A DNA stretch of 64,000 nt from Octopus vulgaris (taxonomy: Eukaryota): assembly GCA_951406725.2 (NCBI GenBank), contig OX597840.1:36952001-37016000 (forward strand), read 5' to 3'. The notes below the pieces were generated by a model. The model saw nothing but the letters and a program-made list of their open reading frames with translations, was not told the origin of the DNA and made no database searches. Of this stretch, positions 1 through 13,025 are shown piece after piece (within the stretch, counting starts at the first letter, position 1; the number at the start of each line of letters is the position of its first letter). The position numbers and the translations under genes were made by a program.

Positions 1-330
1 TAGGGTCTTCCACCATCCACCCTCCCTCTTGACCTACGGCAACACTACAACCAGGCACTTGATGTAGTCCTACGTGATTAGTCTGAGGCCGTGTGGGAAT
101 ATGAATGGAGGTATAACATGACCATCACTAATGATCACACCAAACACCATGATGTTGACTGGATGTTTGATTTACATCATTCTCAGGATATGTCCCAGAA
201 GGACGCCCAAACACTCTTTATTGGTTCTTCTGGTGCGAATGCCGAGCAGTACAGCGTATCATTCACTAATTTCTGGCAGAATTAATTGCGTCATGACGAT
301 GTGTTTCTCACAGACGGAGCCCAACTGATC
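1..330 (-). mobile_element. Tc1/mariner-superfamily transposase remnant (pseudogenised, runs off window start)
   Basis: Manual minus-strand translation IKHPVNIMVFGVIISDGHVIPPFIFPHGLRLIT*DYIKCL..LP*VKR resembles the region between the first two catalytic Asp residues of Tc1/mariner transposases; contains stops and frameshifts. Confidence 0.8.
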
Positions 331-1214
331 CCACTATAATATGTAATCGACAAAATCAAAAGCAAACAATGCGCACGCGCGAAATTAAAATTATAAAATG
401 GCGACGATTTACTCATCGCACGCTGTGCATCTCTGATGAAACAGTGAGTAAAATCGTTGCGAAGAGGACTACACCCAGCCATATAGATACTGACAAACAC
501 ATCCACATCGACACTATCGCTTCCTTCTCGTACACACATACAGACACAAAAGATAATATGATAAATAGAAAAAAAAACAAGAAATAGAAAAAAACTAACA
601 CCACAAAATATATTTAAAAAAACAGTATTCAATATAAAAATAGAAACAAAACAATAAAAAAGCAAAAACGGAAGAATCGATTATGTCAGTGAGTGAGAAG
701 AGATCAATGTTAGTATTGTTAATCGTCAAAGGTTGTTAGCAGAGTAGAGTATCCCGATAAGACGTTTGGCTGGCACATTCTTGGAGGCAACGATTTATTG
801 ACGGAACGTGATTATCTCGACAAATTCGCGCCATCGCAACTAGCATATTGATCAAATAGCCAACCATTCGGATAAGCAATTAATTGCAATAACAGATGGC
901 ATGGAGCTGTTAGGGGCTGCCCCTATCGAAACCTAGCACTTTCTACAAGACTTGAACAGGAAAAAGGAATTGTGCTAATTGTTCACAACACGATTCCGTT
1001 TCATCATTGTGTGCCGTTGAAGCATCGCGTCGTATATTATATATACGCGTGTGAAAGCATGTATGTATATATAAATGAATATATATATAAACACACACAC
1101 AGAGCGCTTATATTTGTATGTATGTGCATACACATACACACACATATATATCCATCCATATATCAGTACAGATAAGCGCACACGCACACATTTACATATA
1201 TCAGAAACTAATAC

Positions 1215-1300
1215 ACTTGGAGCGTGGAAGGTGTTTGTAAGCCATTTAAGAAACACACAAAAGCCGTTCTCACTCACTTGCTATGCAAGTACATCTCCGT
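1215..1300. repeat. Short dispersed repeat, probably a PLE-type terminal fragment
   Basis: agcgtggaaggtgtttgtaagccatttaagaaacacacaaaa recurs at ~18163-18204; ctatgcaagtacatctc is the reverse complement of ~18099-18115. Confidence 0.55.
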
Positions 1301-2397
1301 AATACACTTCGATTTTACATATATGGGCATACACAATATATATATATATATATATATGCATTTTGTGCGTTTGTGTTTGTATGTATTCATATGTATATAT
1401 GTGTGTGGCTACAGGTGTACATTGAGGCACACACATATACACAGATATGCATGTCTATATACGCACGAAGAGTCAGAAAGCGTCAGAGACTGAGATATCC
1501 ACGATTAACTTTCTCGTCTAATAATTTTCATTCTGCGACTCTTCAACGGCGAACCTCATGAACTAAGGTGCGCAAGCGCATGTGTGTATGTGTGAATGAT
1601 GGTAAGTGCGTGAGTATATATGTGAAGGCAAGTTGAAAACTAGGTGTGCCCATGTGTGTATGTGTATAAGTGTGGATCACTTATATATATATATGTTTGT
1701 GTGTGTATATATACACTACAAAATCAATACCACTATAAAATGGTCAAAACGTCTCACACAGGAACTTAGTTTGATTTCAAAACCCCACTAGAATGGGAGA
1801 AAGCGCTAATACATGATCTAAGTTATATGATGAATAAAAAATGTAATATACAAATAAATATCTGTAAATATAAAACCATCCGATTTTCTGAGTACCTCAT
1901 TTCTTCTATATATATATATATATATATATATAAGCCACGACATTTGGATTCAAGCAATCCGGCAGACCTCTTAATAAAGCTGCTTAGTCTGTCATGGGAT
2001 AAACCATTTTAGATATATGAAAACCTCTTCTTTCGAAGACGACCTTTGAATGTCCAATGTTAGCTGAACGTCCTGCACAAATGATTGGTTTATAGTGATT
2101 AAATGTATGTGCTGTACGCTGGTTCACTCCCTCCATTAAATCCACATTATCTGAGCAAGTATGCTGCACGTCAGAGGTCGAAGTGATGGCAGAACGACAC
2201 CAACGTGGAATGATGATGGTGATAATGACTACAGTGATGGGTGTTCCGTTGAGCATGACGTGTTAATATTCAGTATCGAAGAGAGAAGCAGTGCAAAAAG
2301 ATCTGAAATAACAGCAACAGGGAAACATTCATACAAATGACTCGTTTGACTGGAAACTGACAGGCTACAGATAACAAACAAAAAATGTCTACATTCA

Positions 2398-2800
2398 GGC
2401 GCAGGAGTGGCTGTGTGGTAAGTAGCTTGCTAACCAACCACATGGTTCCGGGTTCAGTCCCACTGCGTGGCAACTTGGGCAAGTGTCTTCTACTATAGCT
2501 CCGGGCCGACCAATGCCTTGTGAGTGGATTTGGTAGACGGAAACTGAAAGAAGCCTGTCGTATATATGTATATATATGTATGTATGTGTGTGCGTGTGTT
2601 TGTGTTTCTCCCCCTAGCATTGCTTGACAACCGATGCTGGTGTGTTTACGTCCCCAACACTTAGTGGTTCGGCAAAAGAGACCGATATAATAAGTACTGG
2701 GCTTACAAAGAATAAGTCCCGGGGTCGATTTGCTCGACTAATGGCGGTGCTCTAGCATGGCCGCAGGCAAATGACTGAAACAAGTAAAAGAGTAAAAGAG
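2398..2800 (+). mobile_element. tRNA-derived SINE family A, full length (tentatively octopus OK-like)
   Basis: Pol III-like head (tggctgtgtggtaag...gggttcagtccc), ttgggcaagtgtctt body, internal TA/TG microsatellite, gtaaaaga tail; highly similar to 49244-49618 and 55195-55626. Confidence 0.9.
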
Positions 2801-3589
2801 TATACATATACGTCATTTTATAAAAATAATGTCTCTGAACAGGTGTATTGAGTTCGTTTTAATTATCTGCAGACACCGTGACCTAAGAATTACACCCCCC
2901 TACAAACACACACGTACATATAGACACGATGTTTTTTTTTTCGTTGCACCGTGAACAGTTTCAAAATGGCAGCGGAATTTCCGCAGGTATTGAGAGTGGT
3001 TGATGAATTTTTAATTATTTCGGCAAACACGTGACATGACTAATTAACATACATCCTGTTCTACATATTTCTGGAGAAGGAATGAGAGATTCCTTCAATA
3101 TAAAAACACAAGAGTACCATAGTGAGTGAAATATATTTAAATACGGATTCTTTGAAATAATTCTATATTTGATTCCAGTACAAAATCTGACTTGAAGGAA
3201 GATTTGTACGATTAGCATCTCTGGCAAATATTCCTTGATGGAACCTTCTAGAGAAAGCTGATTTCAAAGACATGAAATAATCCAGCTTCTGTGACATTAT
3301 AAAGCGATTACCAGCATCTCAAAGAGCGACAGGGATCAAGGCCTATTTTTTAAATATTGATAATGGAATATTTCCTACCGGCATCTTCTGCATAAAGAGC
3401 ATGCAGTTAAATACATGCAGGAGATAACAGAGCATCTCCTCTCTTCATCTTTATTAAGCTTTGAATCAATTAAAATCTTATCGAATTATGTCCCTTGCGA
3501 ACTTTCAGATTAAGTCAATTAAAATTCAAAACAAAGAACATTTTATATCTGGTCGCCGAAATCTAAGTTGGGAAAGTAACGTTTATCGT

Positions 3590-3730
3590 TTATCCTCGAC
3601 GCAGTCATTAGACTGTGGCCAGGCTGGAGCATCACCTTGAGTAATTTTTACTGGAATGAATCGAACCAAGTACGTTTTTTTAGGCCTGGTACTTATTCCC
3701 GCGTTCATCTTTACCGAATCGCTAAATAAT
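3590..3730 (-). mobile_element. SINE family A 3' fragment, diverged
   Basis: cagtcattagactgtggccaggctggagcatcacc...gtacttatt matches the reverse complement of the family A tail. Confidence 0.65.
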
Positions 3731-3734
3731 GAAG

Positions 3735-4085
3735 GGAGACCCATAAGAGGTAACGACGAAATTGCAAGAATGCAATGAGAAAACTATCTGTTATTCCAGT
3801 AGTCGTCGAGGCACTCGGGGTTCTAATAACCAAGTTCGAGAAACATGTCAAAGAAATGGGAATTGACGAGAGCAGAGCAAGCCCCCAAAATTGTTTTACT
3901 GGGGACAGCTAGGAGTTTGAGATTGGTACTTGGATGTTGAATGTATCCCACGATAATTAACAACCAAGTATCAAAGCTTATAATGTGCAGAAAAAGACCC
4001 TATGAGACCTCTGATGGTAGGCTGCTGTCCGCTCTCGCAGAATCTACCGGAGCAAACAAGACCGAAGGCTGTGAGAAGTAAAACA
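3735..4085 (+). mobile_element. R4/Dong-clade non-LTR retrotransposon, 3' end fragment 1
   Basis: Translation ..EIARM..KLSVIPVVVEALGVLITKFEKHVKEMGID..EQAPKIVLLGTARSLRLVLGC* fits the C-terminus of the restriction-like endonuclease. Confidence 0.8.
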
Positions 4086-4094
4086 ATATTGATA

Positions 4095-4985
4095 AGTATT
4101 TTGTGATCGGTTTTGATAAATATGCCAGGTCACTTTCCAGAAAGGGAAATTGAAGACAGTCGTGTTAAATGCTGACACAGGTATAAAAGAACTTGAGCAG
4201 GAATAGACTTACAAATACCTCGGAATAAATGAAGGCTCTGGCATTCAACAGGCATGCATGAAAGAGTTTATGAAGAAAATAATACAGTAGTGTTGAAGAA
4301 ATCCTGAAATCTGAGCTAAATGCACGTAGTAATGTGTTAGCCATAATCTCATTGGCAGTTCTAGTTATTCATAGCTTCAATGTGTTGAACTGGAATATCA
4401 GCGAAATAAAGTAAACTGACAGGAAAATTCGTAAGCTGCTGACTTGCAATAAGATGCACCACCAAAAAGCAGGCACAAATCGTGTTTACATTCCCAGAGC
4501 CCAAAGAGTTCGAAGCTTAATCCAGTTTGAAATCACACACAAAATCATCGCAACTGTACTGGACAAATTTCTTAAAATATCTAACGACTGAATGCTAGAA
4601 CTCGTTGAAAATCACGAGAAGCGTAAGAAGCTTCATTAAAGAATCTTCATTCTGTCATGAAAGGGAGAAAAATGGCTGTTGAGTTCATGCGTAATACCCG
4701 GGTTGAGAAGCATGCTAGAAGGGTAGCAGCTGTTGTGACAAAGAAGGTGAAATCAATGGCAAACCGAAAAGCTGATACGTGGGAACAAAAATCTCTGCGA
4801 GGCAAATATGTGGCCCATAGCAAATAAGCTGATGTAGACCAGAAGAACCCTCTCCAGTGACTACGAAACTCAGAGCTAAAGGGAGAGAGCGAAGGCTTCG
4901 TCTTTGCTGCTCAAGATCAGAGCTTATTGACCAAAGAATGCCACGCCAATGTGATTAAAATGGAGTAGACCCAAAGTGCAGATTT
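4095..4985 (+). mobile_element. R4/Dong-clade retrotransposon fragment 2 (RT end to start of zinc knuckle)
   Basis: YKYLGINEGSGIQQACMKE..ILKSELNA..DRKIRKLLTCNKMHH..LKGESEGFVFAAQDQSLLT; many stops and frameshifts. Confidence 0.85.
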
Positions 4986-4989
4986 TATA

Positions 4990-5700
4990 TTTCAAAGGAC
5001 ATTGGCAGAAAATAATAATAGTGAGGCATGGTTGTGGTTGCAGAAAGGAAGGCTGAAAGGGGAAACAGAAAGTTTGCTAGTAGCAGCACAAGATCAGTCA
5101 TTGAGAACTAATTGGATAAAAGCCAAATGAAGAAAAATTAGGAATACACTTAATGCAGGTTGTGTAAATGAAAGGAGGAAAGTGCTACTCAGATAATTAG
5201 TGAATGTAGTGTGCTAGAACAGAGAGAATACAAGAAAAGACATGATAACATAGGGAGAATAATCAACTGGGATTTATGTGGACAGGCTTGGATTTAGCCA
5301 TACTGATAAGAGGTATGAACATGAACCAAGTGCTGGAAAGTAACAAATACAAGATGTTGTGGGAATTTAACGTCTGGACTGAGAGAGTAATAGAAATTAC
5401 ATTGTCTGATTTAGTGGTAGTTTACAAAGAGATAGATAATTGACTTCACAGTCCCAAATGATGAAAAAGTCAATATTGGAGGTGTAGAGAAAATAACAAA
5501 GTACCAGAACTTAGCCATTGAATAACAAAGGCTACGGAAGTTTCGTAGTTATAGGTGCAGTAGGAATTGCCCCTAAAGATTTGAACCGATGGATGTAAGA
5601 AGTAAGCATAAAACAATGTTTTAGGGACTACTAGGTTACTAAGGAAGGTTCTTGGTATCTAAGGTTACTTGTTCTAGCCAAGTGCTAGGAAGTTTACTTT
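4990..5700 (+). mobile_element. R4/Dong-clade retrotransposon fragment 3 (CCHC knuckle plus RLE endonuclease)
   Basis: EAWLWLQKGRLKGETESLLVAAQDQSLRTN..CRLCK..EESATQIISECSVL..EYKKRHDNIGRII..IIDFTVPND..EKITKYQNLAIE; followed by a degenerate TAA/TGA tract at 5730-5830. Confidence 0.85.
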
Positions 5701-6874
5701 ACCAACAGACTTATATGTTGTGCGTATACGGAATAACAACAACAGCAATGATGACGACGATGACAATGACGACGATAATGATGATGATAATGATAATAGT
5801 AATGATATTGAAAGTGATAAGAATAACGAGTCAACATTAATAGTAAGTAAAATGCCAAACATATGTTTTTATTAGTGGAAAACAAAATGGCAGTATGAGA
5901 TTTCTTTTTAACCACAATGAAAAACAAGACTAAAAAACGAACAAAAATAATGAATCGCTCCCCCACCCCACCCCACCCGTCCCGTCCATCAAAATCAGCA
6001 AATAAATTCACTATTGTTTCACAGTTATTGGCATAATAAAAATAAAATTTAAAAAAAAGAATGAGTGTGTGAGAGGGAGGGAGGGAGAAAGAAAGAAATT
6101 CAATTTATTGTGCGTTAATTTTATTTTGATTCCCCTGTGGTGGTTGAGAATCAAAAACGGTTTGATTAAACAAGAAAGATAAAAAAATTGAAAAATCATA
6201 AAATGATAAAAAAAAACAGAAAGAAAGAAAGGAAAAAAGAAAAGATACAAAGGGAGATTGGAAAGTAAAGAGTGATGCAAAGAATTGTGGGAAATACAAA
6301 AAAAAAAAATTAAGACAAAACAATTAGAAAAAGGTAAACAAATAATAAAACAATGACAAAGAGTAGAAGGTCAAAATGAAAAATACACACACACATACAT
6401 ACATACGCACATGTATACACATTCATATATAAATATATATTTGTGGGCACTCACGTACATGGACACATTTACACATACACAACCAAACACACACACATAT
6501 ATATTCCTATATATCTACCTGTATATATGTGTGTGTGTGTGTGTGTGTGTATGTGCGTAAATATGGTCATACATATATGTCAGCTTTTCTCTATCGATTT
6601 ACAACGTATATATATATATTATATATGTATGTATGTATGTGTGTGTGCGCGTGCACACAAACACTCGCCATAACACTGATGTCTATCGCAGCATAATAAA
6701 CTGAAACCAACACTATAGAACTGTAGGTAATAGAAACTCTTGCTGAATGACTTTTGGCTGTGTGATACGACATACAAGCTAGCACCGAAATTTATACTTA
6801 TATTGCTACATGCATTCAAACAGATGTATATGTATATAGATGTGTGTGCGTATCCGTATATGTATACATGTTTT

Positions 6875-7180
6875 TTTTCGCCCTTTTCAAGCCTAGTTAG
6901 ACTCATGGACCCATTTTCCCGGTTTCTGTGGCGTATGCCCCCCCCCCAGCTGAACGGGACACCAGTCCATCGCAGCGTTACTCAAGAAACAGGAAGAGAG
7001 AGTGAGAGAAAGTTGTGGTGAAAGAGTTACAACAGGGGTCGCCACCACCCCCTGCCGGAGCCTAGTGGAGCTTTTAGGTGTTTTCACTCAATAAACACAC
7101 ACAAGGCCTGGTCTGGGAATGGAAACCACGATCCTCCGACCGCGGGTCCGCTGCCCTAATCACTGAGCCATTGCGCCTCC
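6875..7180 (-). mobile_element. tRNA-derived SINE family B (OR-like head) with tail type 2
   Basis: Head ggaggcgcaatggctcagtgattagggcagcggac; tail gcgatggactggtgtcccgttcag...cagaaaccggg, shared with 50642-50925. Confidence 0.85.
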
Positions 7181-7399
7181 ATGTATACATGTATGTATGT
7201 ATATATGTGATAGATTTCATATTAGACGATCGAATACTGCGTTATTGGCCTTGTGGGATCCTCTCATACAGGCAGGTAGTGCATAAAAGCACACACAAAG
7301 ATCATAGGAGACGTGAGTCGTCTCTCAGGGGCACCGGAATTCCCATAACACGTAAGTTCATTCTATTGGAATTCATACACACAAAAGCACGCGCGTGCA

Positions 7400-8060
7400 C
7401 ACACAGCCCAAGCTGTTGCAGTATCTAGTTCCGTATCCTGAGGATAACGTTAAGACTTTTGGCACTATGCAGGGGCGCCCCAGTCTTCGGGTTGTGTAAC
7501 CGACAATGTCAAAATTTGGAACAAGTTTTTCTAGGATATTACAGATTTATATTCCCGCATATCTTTCCGGCCTTCGCTCCAGGAAGTAGAGTCTTAACTC
7601 TTTCAATCTCTCCCGGTAGCTGACATGCATTGTGTCAATCTTCTTCGCGTAGCTTCACCAGATTACCTCGAATTCCGTTATTAATTTTACAATGTTTGGT
7701 GACCACAGTTGGGAACAGCAATCCATATAGCTGAAAACAAAAGTCCTCCAGAGGGCCATCATGTTTTCCCTTTCTCTTGTTTTGAAAGTTCGAAGAATCC
7801 ACCCGGTCAAACGACTGCATTTTATTGCCAACTTCGTAATGTGCACCTGGAAAGAGGCATCGCTATTCATGTTGATGCCCAGGAAAGACACTGCTTTTGA
7901 TTCGGAGATTAGAATCCCTCCTGGGCCAGTGTTTCCTATCTGCTTTTCATTGAGCTTCCGGTGTTGGTACTGGAGGGCTTGGAAATTTCTTAGCATTATA
8001 CTGCATGTTATTTTCCTCAGCCCTTCTGTATATTGCGTCCAACCCATGTTGTAGACGTAT
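7400..8060 (-). mobile_element. CR1-group LINE RT C-terminal fragment
   Basis: FLGINMNSDASFQVHITKLAIKCSRLTGWILRTFKTRERENMMALWRTFVFSYMDCCSQLWSP, then out of frame RERLKELRLYFLERRPERYA. Confidence 0.85.
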
Positions 8061-8139
8061 AACCTCTCCAGAGTCCTGTATCCTCTGACAGATTTTGGTA
8101 TTGTCTGCATTTCGTCTGTAAGGTTGGTTACTTGAGCAG

Positions 8140-8610
8140 CCATTTCGTTGTTAGATATCTTAATGAGGATGTCGAGAAAAGGAAGTTGTTGATGGCTATA
8201 TACCATCGTGAATTGAATGTTTATGTTAAGTCCATTTATAATTGCTTGACATTCTTTAAGTATGACATTCTTTAAGAAATTCCATGCCAAAGAATGAAAC
8301 AGTCATCCAGGTACCTTTTCCAATTATTTTCTATGTAGAGGGAGAATAGGTTGCTGTATTCTTCTAGTACCTTACGATAAAGACTGATAAACCCATGACT
8401 AGGTTAGCAAAGGAGGGGGGCATTCTCCTACCTCTCGCAGTTCTCGATTTTTGTCGATAGCAGTTGTCTGTGAAGGCAAAGTAGTTATTCTCTAAGATGA
8501 ATTTTAGCTCTTCTGCTGCGAATGCTTTTTTGATGCGAAGTGGGAGTTTACTGGCGTAATTCTGTAGTCAGAATTCAATTGCCTCTATTCTTAGGTTGTG
8601 GAGGATATTA
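8140..8610 (-). mobile_element. Penelope-like element reverse transcriptase fragment
   Basis: ..SFANLVMG...NWKRYLDDCFILW...INGLNINIQFTMVYSHQQLPFLDILI: YLDD catalytic motif plus the PLE-type I.FT.....LPFLD motif. Confidence 0.85.
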
Positions 8611-9134
8611 AAGAAGGGCTAAAGGAAACACTCATCACCAGGAACTACCCACCATCACTAACTGATATATGCTTTCAGCATGCCCTTCAACTTTCAAATA
8701 TATATGTATATATATACACACTAACACACACACTTCTCTCCCACACATACATATATATAGTATAATTCGGGTAAACCTCGTAACGTATATTTAAGAGCCT
8801 TTATGCCGATATTTGGCTCTCACATTTTATACTGCAAGGTATTTTCCAGGGCCGGATACACATGCAGAACCCCGCTAAGCGTAAGACTAATACAAGGATG
8901 ATATAAGAAGTGGTTGGAAGATATCAGGCATTAATAGTAGACCGCAACAGTTGTTTCTACGCCTCAATTCAGTTTTGAATAGCTGAGTTGATATTCATAT
9001 ACCGTTAAAGAAAGTTACACTTTATAATTACTAATTAGCTGAATATTGTCCACCAATATCCGCGTGTGTGTGCTCTATAGATACTAATAGAATCAGGTGT
9101 ATATTTCCTGAAACATAAACACACGGATTCAGTA

Positions 9135-9357
9135 ATAATTGTGGTTTCAAATTTTGCGACATGGGCAGCAAATTTAGAGGAGAGTATGAGTCGTTTACAT
9201 CAACTCCAGTGTTCAACAGGTACTTATTTTAATGACCCCTAAAGAATGAAAGGTAAAGTCCACCTCGGCGGAATTTGTACTCAGAACGAAGCAACAGGCG
9301 CAATGCCGCTAAGCATTTCGCCCCGAACGCTCACGGTTCGGTCAGCGCGCCAACTTA
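9135..9357 (-). mobile_element. SINE family C monomer (aaatttgaaacc tail)
   Basis: Body matches ccgccgaggtcgactttgcctttcatcctttcggggtcgataaa of the other family C copies. Confidence 0.8.
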
Positions 9358-9370
9358 TCATTGATTCATA

Positions 9371-9401
<31 letters not shown>

Positions 9402-9473
9402 CATGCTCATATATTTACACGTTTGCATGTTTGTATGCATTTATGTATATACATCCATAAACACACTCATATA

Positions 9474-9857
9474 TGGAAGCACTCCGTCGGTTACGACGAC
9501 GAGGGTTCCGGTTGATCCGAATCAACGGAACAGCCTGCTCGTGAAATTAACGTGTAAGTGGCTGAGCACTCCACAGACACGTGTACCCTTAACGTAGTTC
9601 TCGGAGATATTCAGCGTGACACAGAGAGTGACAAGGCCGGCCCTTTGAAATACAGGTACAACAGAAACAGGAAGTAAGAGTGAGAGAAAGTTGTGGTGAA
9701 AGAGTACAGCAGGGATCAACACCATCCCCTGCCGGAGCCTCGTGGAGCTTTAGGTGTTTTCGCTCAATAAACACTCACAACGCCCGGTCTGGGAATCGAA
9801 ACCGCGATCCTATGACCGCCAGTCCGCTGCCCTAACCACTGGGCCATTGCGCCTCCA
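9474..9857 (-). mobile_element. SINE family B, full length, tail type 1
   Basis: tRNA-like head with A/B boxes (tggcccagtgg; ggtttcgattccc); nearly identical to 23321-23643. Confidence 0.9.
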
Positions 9858-11519
9858 CACTCATATATATACACACCTTACATATATATATATGTGTGTG
9901 TATATACACACACATACTTACATACATACATACATACACACACACACATGTATATATTTATATATATGGGTGTATATATATTTATGTATGTTGGAAAATA
10001 TGTAAAGGAAAACGATTTTATCAACCATTACACAAACAGATGTGTTTACTGCCATTCAGAAATCCCCAAACACACGTCGCATACACACACACACACATAC
10101 ACACACACACACATCTATGAACAATTATTCCCCCACATTTCAGACAAACATGTTCAGAAAGTATGGAAGGACGGCGGGGAAAACAGTGAAATTGATATAT
10201 CTGGTGGTTTTTTAATCTCACAATAAAAGAAAAATAAATAGCAGACACACAAACAAACAAATAACGTAATAAATAATTGAAATTCGTTAATTGGAATATA
10301 TCTAATTAGCCAATTAGTGTGTTCTTCTTAAAAGAACCGCGAGAGAAATGATGCTGTCTTAAAGATTTAGTTAAGATATGTTGTTTTGAAGGCGTTGGAG
10401 TAATTCGATATGACAAGGGAAATAAGCGCGTTTTAATAAGTGCGTATGAGAAACCCTGCAGAAATAACAGCCAAATATCTTTTACAGCGCTCACTATTTG
10501 AAATGGAGGAAAGAGATAAATGGGACTTTCGAGTTTTACGTATGCGATGCATGTATGTATGAATGATGGTGCAGTCATGGCCAGAACGCTTTTGATCCGA
10601 CGCCTGATCAGTTTGGGTGAGCCAACTACCAAATAAAAAGTTTTCTGATCGTTGGTATCACGTGAACTGTTTACCTGCTTTAGTAGTTTTGAATAAGGGA
10701 CCAGAATTACATCCTCGTATCTGTGTCAGGTTGTGTAGTATGCATATATGTATGTATGTGTGTGTATATGCGTATGTGAGAGATAGTGTATGTGTGTATA
10801 TATAAATGTTTGTGGAAGAGTGCTCGTGTATGTATGCTGTGTGTGTGTGTGTTTGGGCTCTTTGTGTGTGTATGCGTGTGGTATTGTGTTACAATAAGGT
10901 GTGGTAGGAGCAAGTAAGTTGCATTCAAAATGTTTTCGTATTTGTAATGATGGCAAAAGTTAACTATTTTTGACTGCGATATCTTTGCCGATAAGTTGGT
11001 CATCAGATGGAATAACAACGAAGGAAATTTTGATAAATGACAACTGAATAATTTTAGGCAATAGTGGCAGGAAAGGAAAAATGTTTACAAAATTTCGGCT
11101 TGGTTTTAGTCCTTCAATCATTGAAAGTAATCTAAATATCACTACTTTAAATGTAGAAAGAAAAAAATACTTTGAATATTCTAGTTTTATATAAGCAATT
11201 CACATGTGAATGACGGTGTAATCCCGGCCAGTTTCGAACCAACAACCTCAAGTATAAGAAATAAAGTGGTTCAATTGCGGTCATGAAGTTAAAAACTGTA
11301 TCTTAAACTTACGTTAAAATAATTCTCGACCGCAATTTTGCATCGCTATTTAATATCATTAAAGAACAAGTCTGTTGAGAGATTGAACATATCTCACTGG
11401 AAATTATTCATGTTATGTGTATATATATATATATATAAGGCGTCACCCAACTGCACACAAGAGATTTTACCAAATTTACAAACAAACTGCTGTTATGGAT
11501 ATTGTAGAAGTTATTCCTG

Positions 11520-12702
11520 AAAGTTTATGCATGGAGTGCTGAACGCCTACGTATCATCTGCCATTTGTTACCGCCTGAACGTTCTGCTTTGGCCCGCTTC
11601 TCGTCTAGTAAGGCTGGCTTCTCTGCTTTTCTGATTATTATGCACAGAAGGAATGCATTCCGTTAATGAGGCCATCTTTTGATATCAATGTCCCTGAAAG
11701 GAGGAGTGGATAGTTATAGTCGAAGATCCACCGTTAAGCGCTAAGACTACTTCATCTCCTGCGATCTCTTAAGTGGACGAACGGGATCACTTTTCTACAG
11801 CTCGTCTTTTTCACAAGCAAAGGCCGCAACAAGGTGCTTGGCATCTGGAATATGCCGAAGCGGTCAAATCCCCCTACCATTCGGACAATACGATGGATTG
11901 AACTGTAGAAGATTGGTGACGGACAAATACGAGGACGTTGTTGGCAAAACTGGACATAGATGAAAATCAACAAACTGGTCTCTTTCGAAATGTTTCGAAT
12001 CGAGATTCATAGAAAGTTTCCAGAAATCCCTGGCGGTGCTATTAGGGAGCAATGCCGGCTCGAAATAAACACTACAGGAATTGAATGCTGTCATCCTGTT
12101 TTGTCCATGATGCTAGCAAAGTGACGAGGTAAATCGTTCTAATACTGAGCATCGATTTGTGGAGGTATGTGGAAAAGCTTCCAGTCCATATAGGTTGGCT
12201 ATGGCTCTCATCAGAGTCCGCAGTCGGTATCTGGTGGTGTTGGCAAAAGGGTTTGCGTGGCGGATGAAGTCGGAGGAGCTGTAGACATACATTTTTTGGG
12301 TGGGTGAGGGGGGTGGAGGTCAAACCTTCATTAACATTTCAAGTTTCACTTGACGAGAAAAAAATCACTGGGGACAGAGACGTGTTGCCTCTCAGCAAAT
12401 TTGTTTAAAAGTGAATGAATGTGGCAAGCATGCTCCGAGTAAACGGACCGACTCGGATCAGAGACCTGCAGATTGAAAGATAACTGGGAGAGGACATTTG
12501 TCTTAGTGGCCAGGGTCACTGTAGCTTTTGTGTGTCATCACGAGTAATCCTTAGAAATCTCTCTCTTGTTTTAGGAAATTGTTCTATAATTGTTTTGTTA
12601 TTTGTTTATTCTACTTTGTTTACAAGCTTTTTATGTAACGCACACTCAATCTTTGCGTATCGTACTCGTAGTTTTTACAACCCCTGTGCTTAATAAGGAA
12701 AC
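11520..12702 (+). mobile_element. Tx1/L1-clade LINE ORF2 3' part and 3' UTR, decayed
   Basis: FQKSLA.RCY.GAMPARNKHYR..CP.C.Q.DE (zf-RVT-like) and FKFHLTRK..KFV.K.MNVASMLRVNG, homologous to 30401-30665; ends aataaggaaac followed by (ATC)n. Confidence 0.75.
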
Positions 12703-12739
12703 TATCATCATCATCATTATCATCACCATTGTTATTACG

Positions 12740-13025
12740 TGGGATGCGATCTGGTAGAACCCTCTGGGCGCCAAGAGAAATTATTTTGATCTAGCTTTTT
12801 ACGCTTCGAGCTTAAATTGAGCTGAGGACAACTTTTCCTCACACGTTTTTCCACGGTCGATAAAAATAGAGTAGTACCAATTAGCCAACACGCTGGTTCT
12901 GAGTTCAAATTCTGCTGAAGCTGACTTCAGTTTTCATGCTTTCGGCGTTGATAAAATATGTATTGATCAAGAACTGAGGTCGATGTAATCGACTTACCAC
13001 GGCCTTTTACCTATTAGCAGAGAGG
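12740..13025 (+). mobile_element. Diverged SINE family C pieces
   Basis: ttctgagttcaaattctgctgaagctgact...ttcatgctttcggcgttgataaaat...gaggtcgatgtaatcgactt. Confidence 0.65.

Noticed and set aside
91-328. Plus-strand ORFs at the window start
   Set aside because: Antisense to the Tc1/mariner transposase remnant.
399-461. pre-miRNA-like hairpin or hammerhead (ctgatga)
   Set aside because: Stem is only ~16 bp with a large loop, and there is no correctly placed stem II/GAAA.
9780-9857. tRNA genes
   Set aside because: These are tRNA-like SINE heads with no complete cloverleaf, continuing into SINE bodies.
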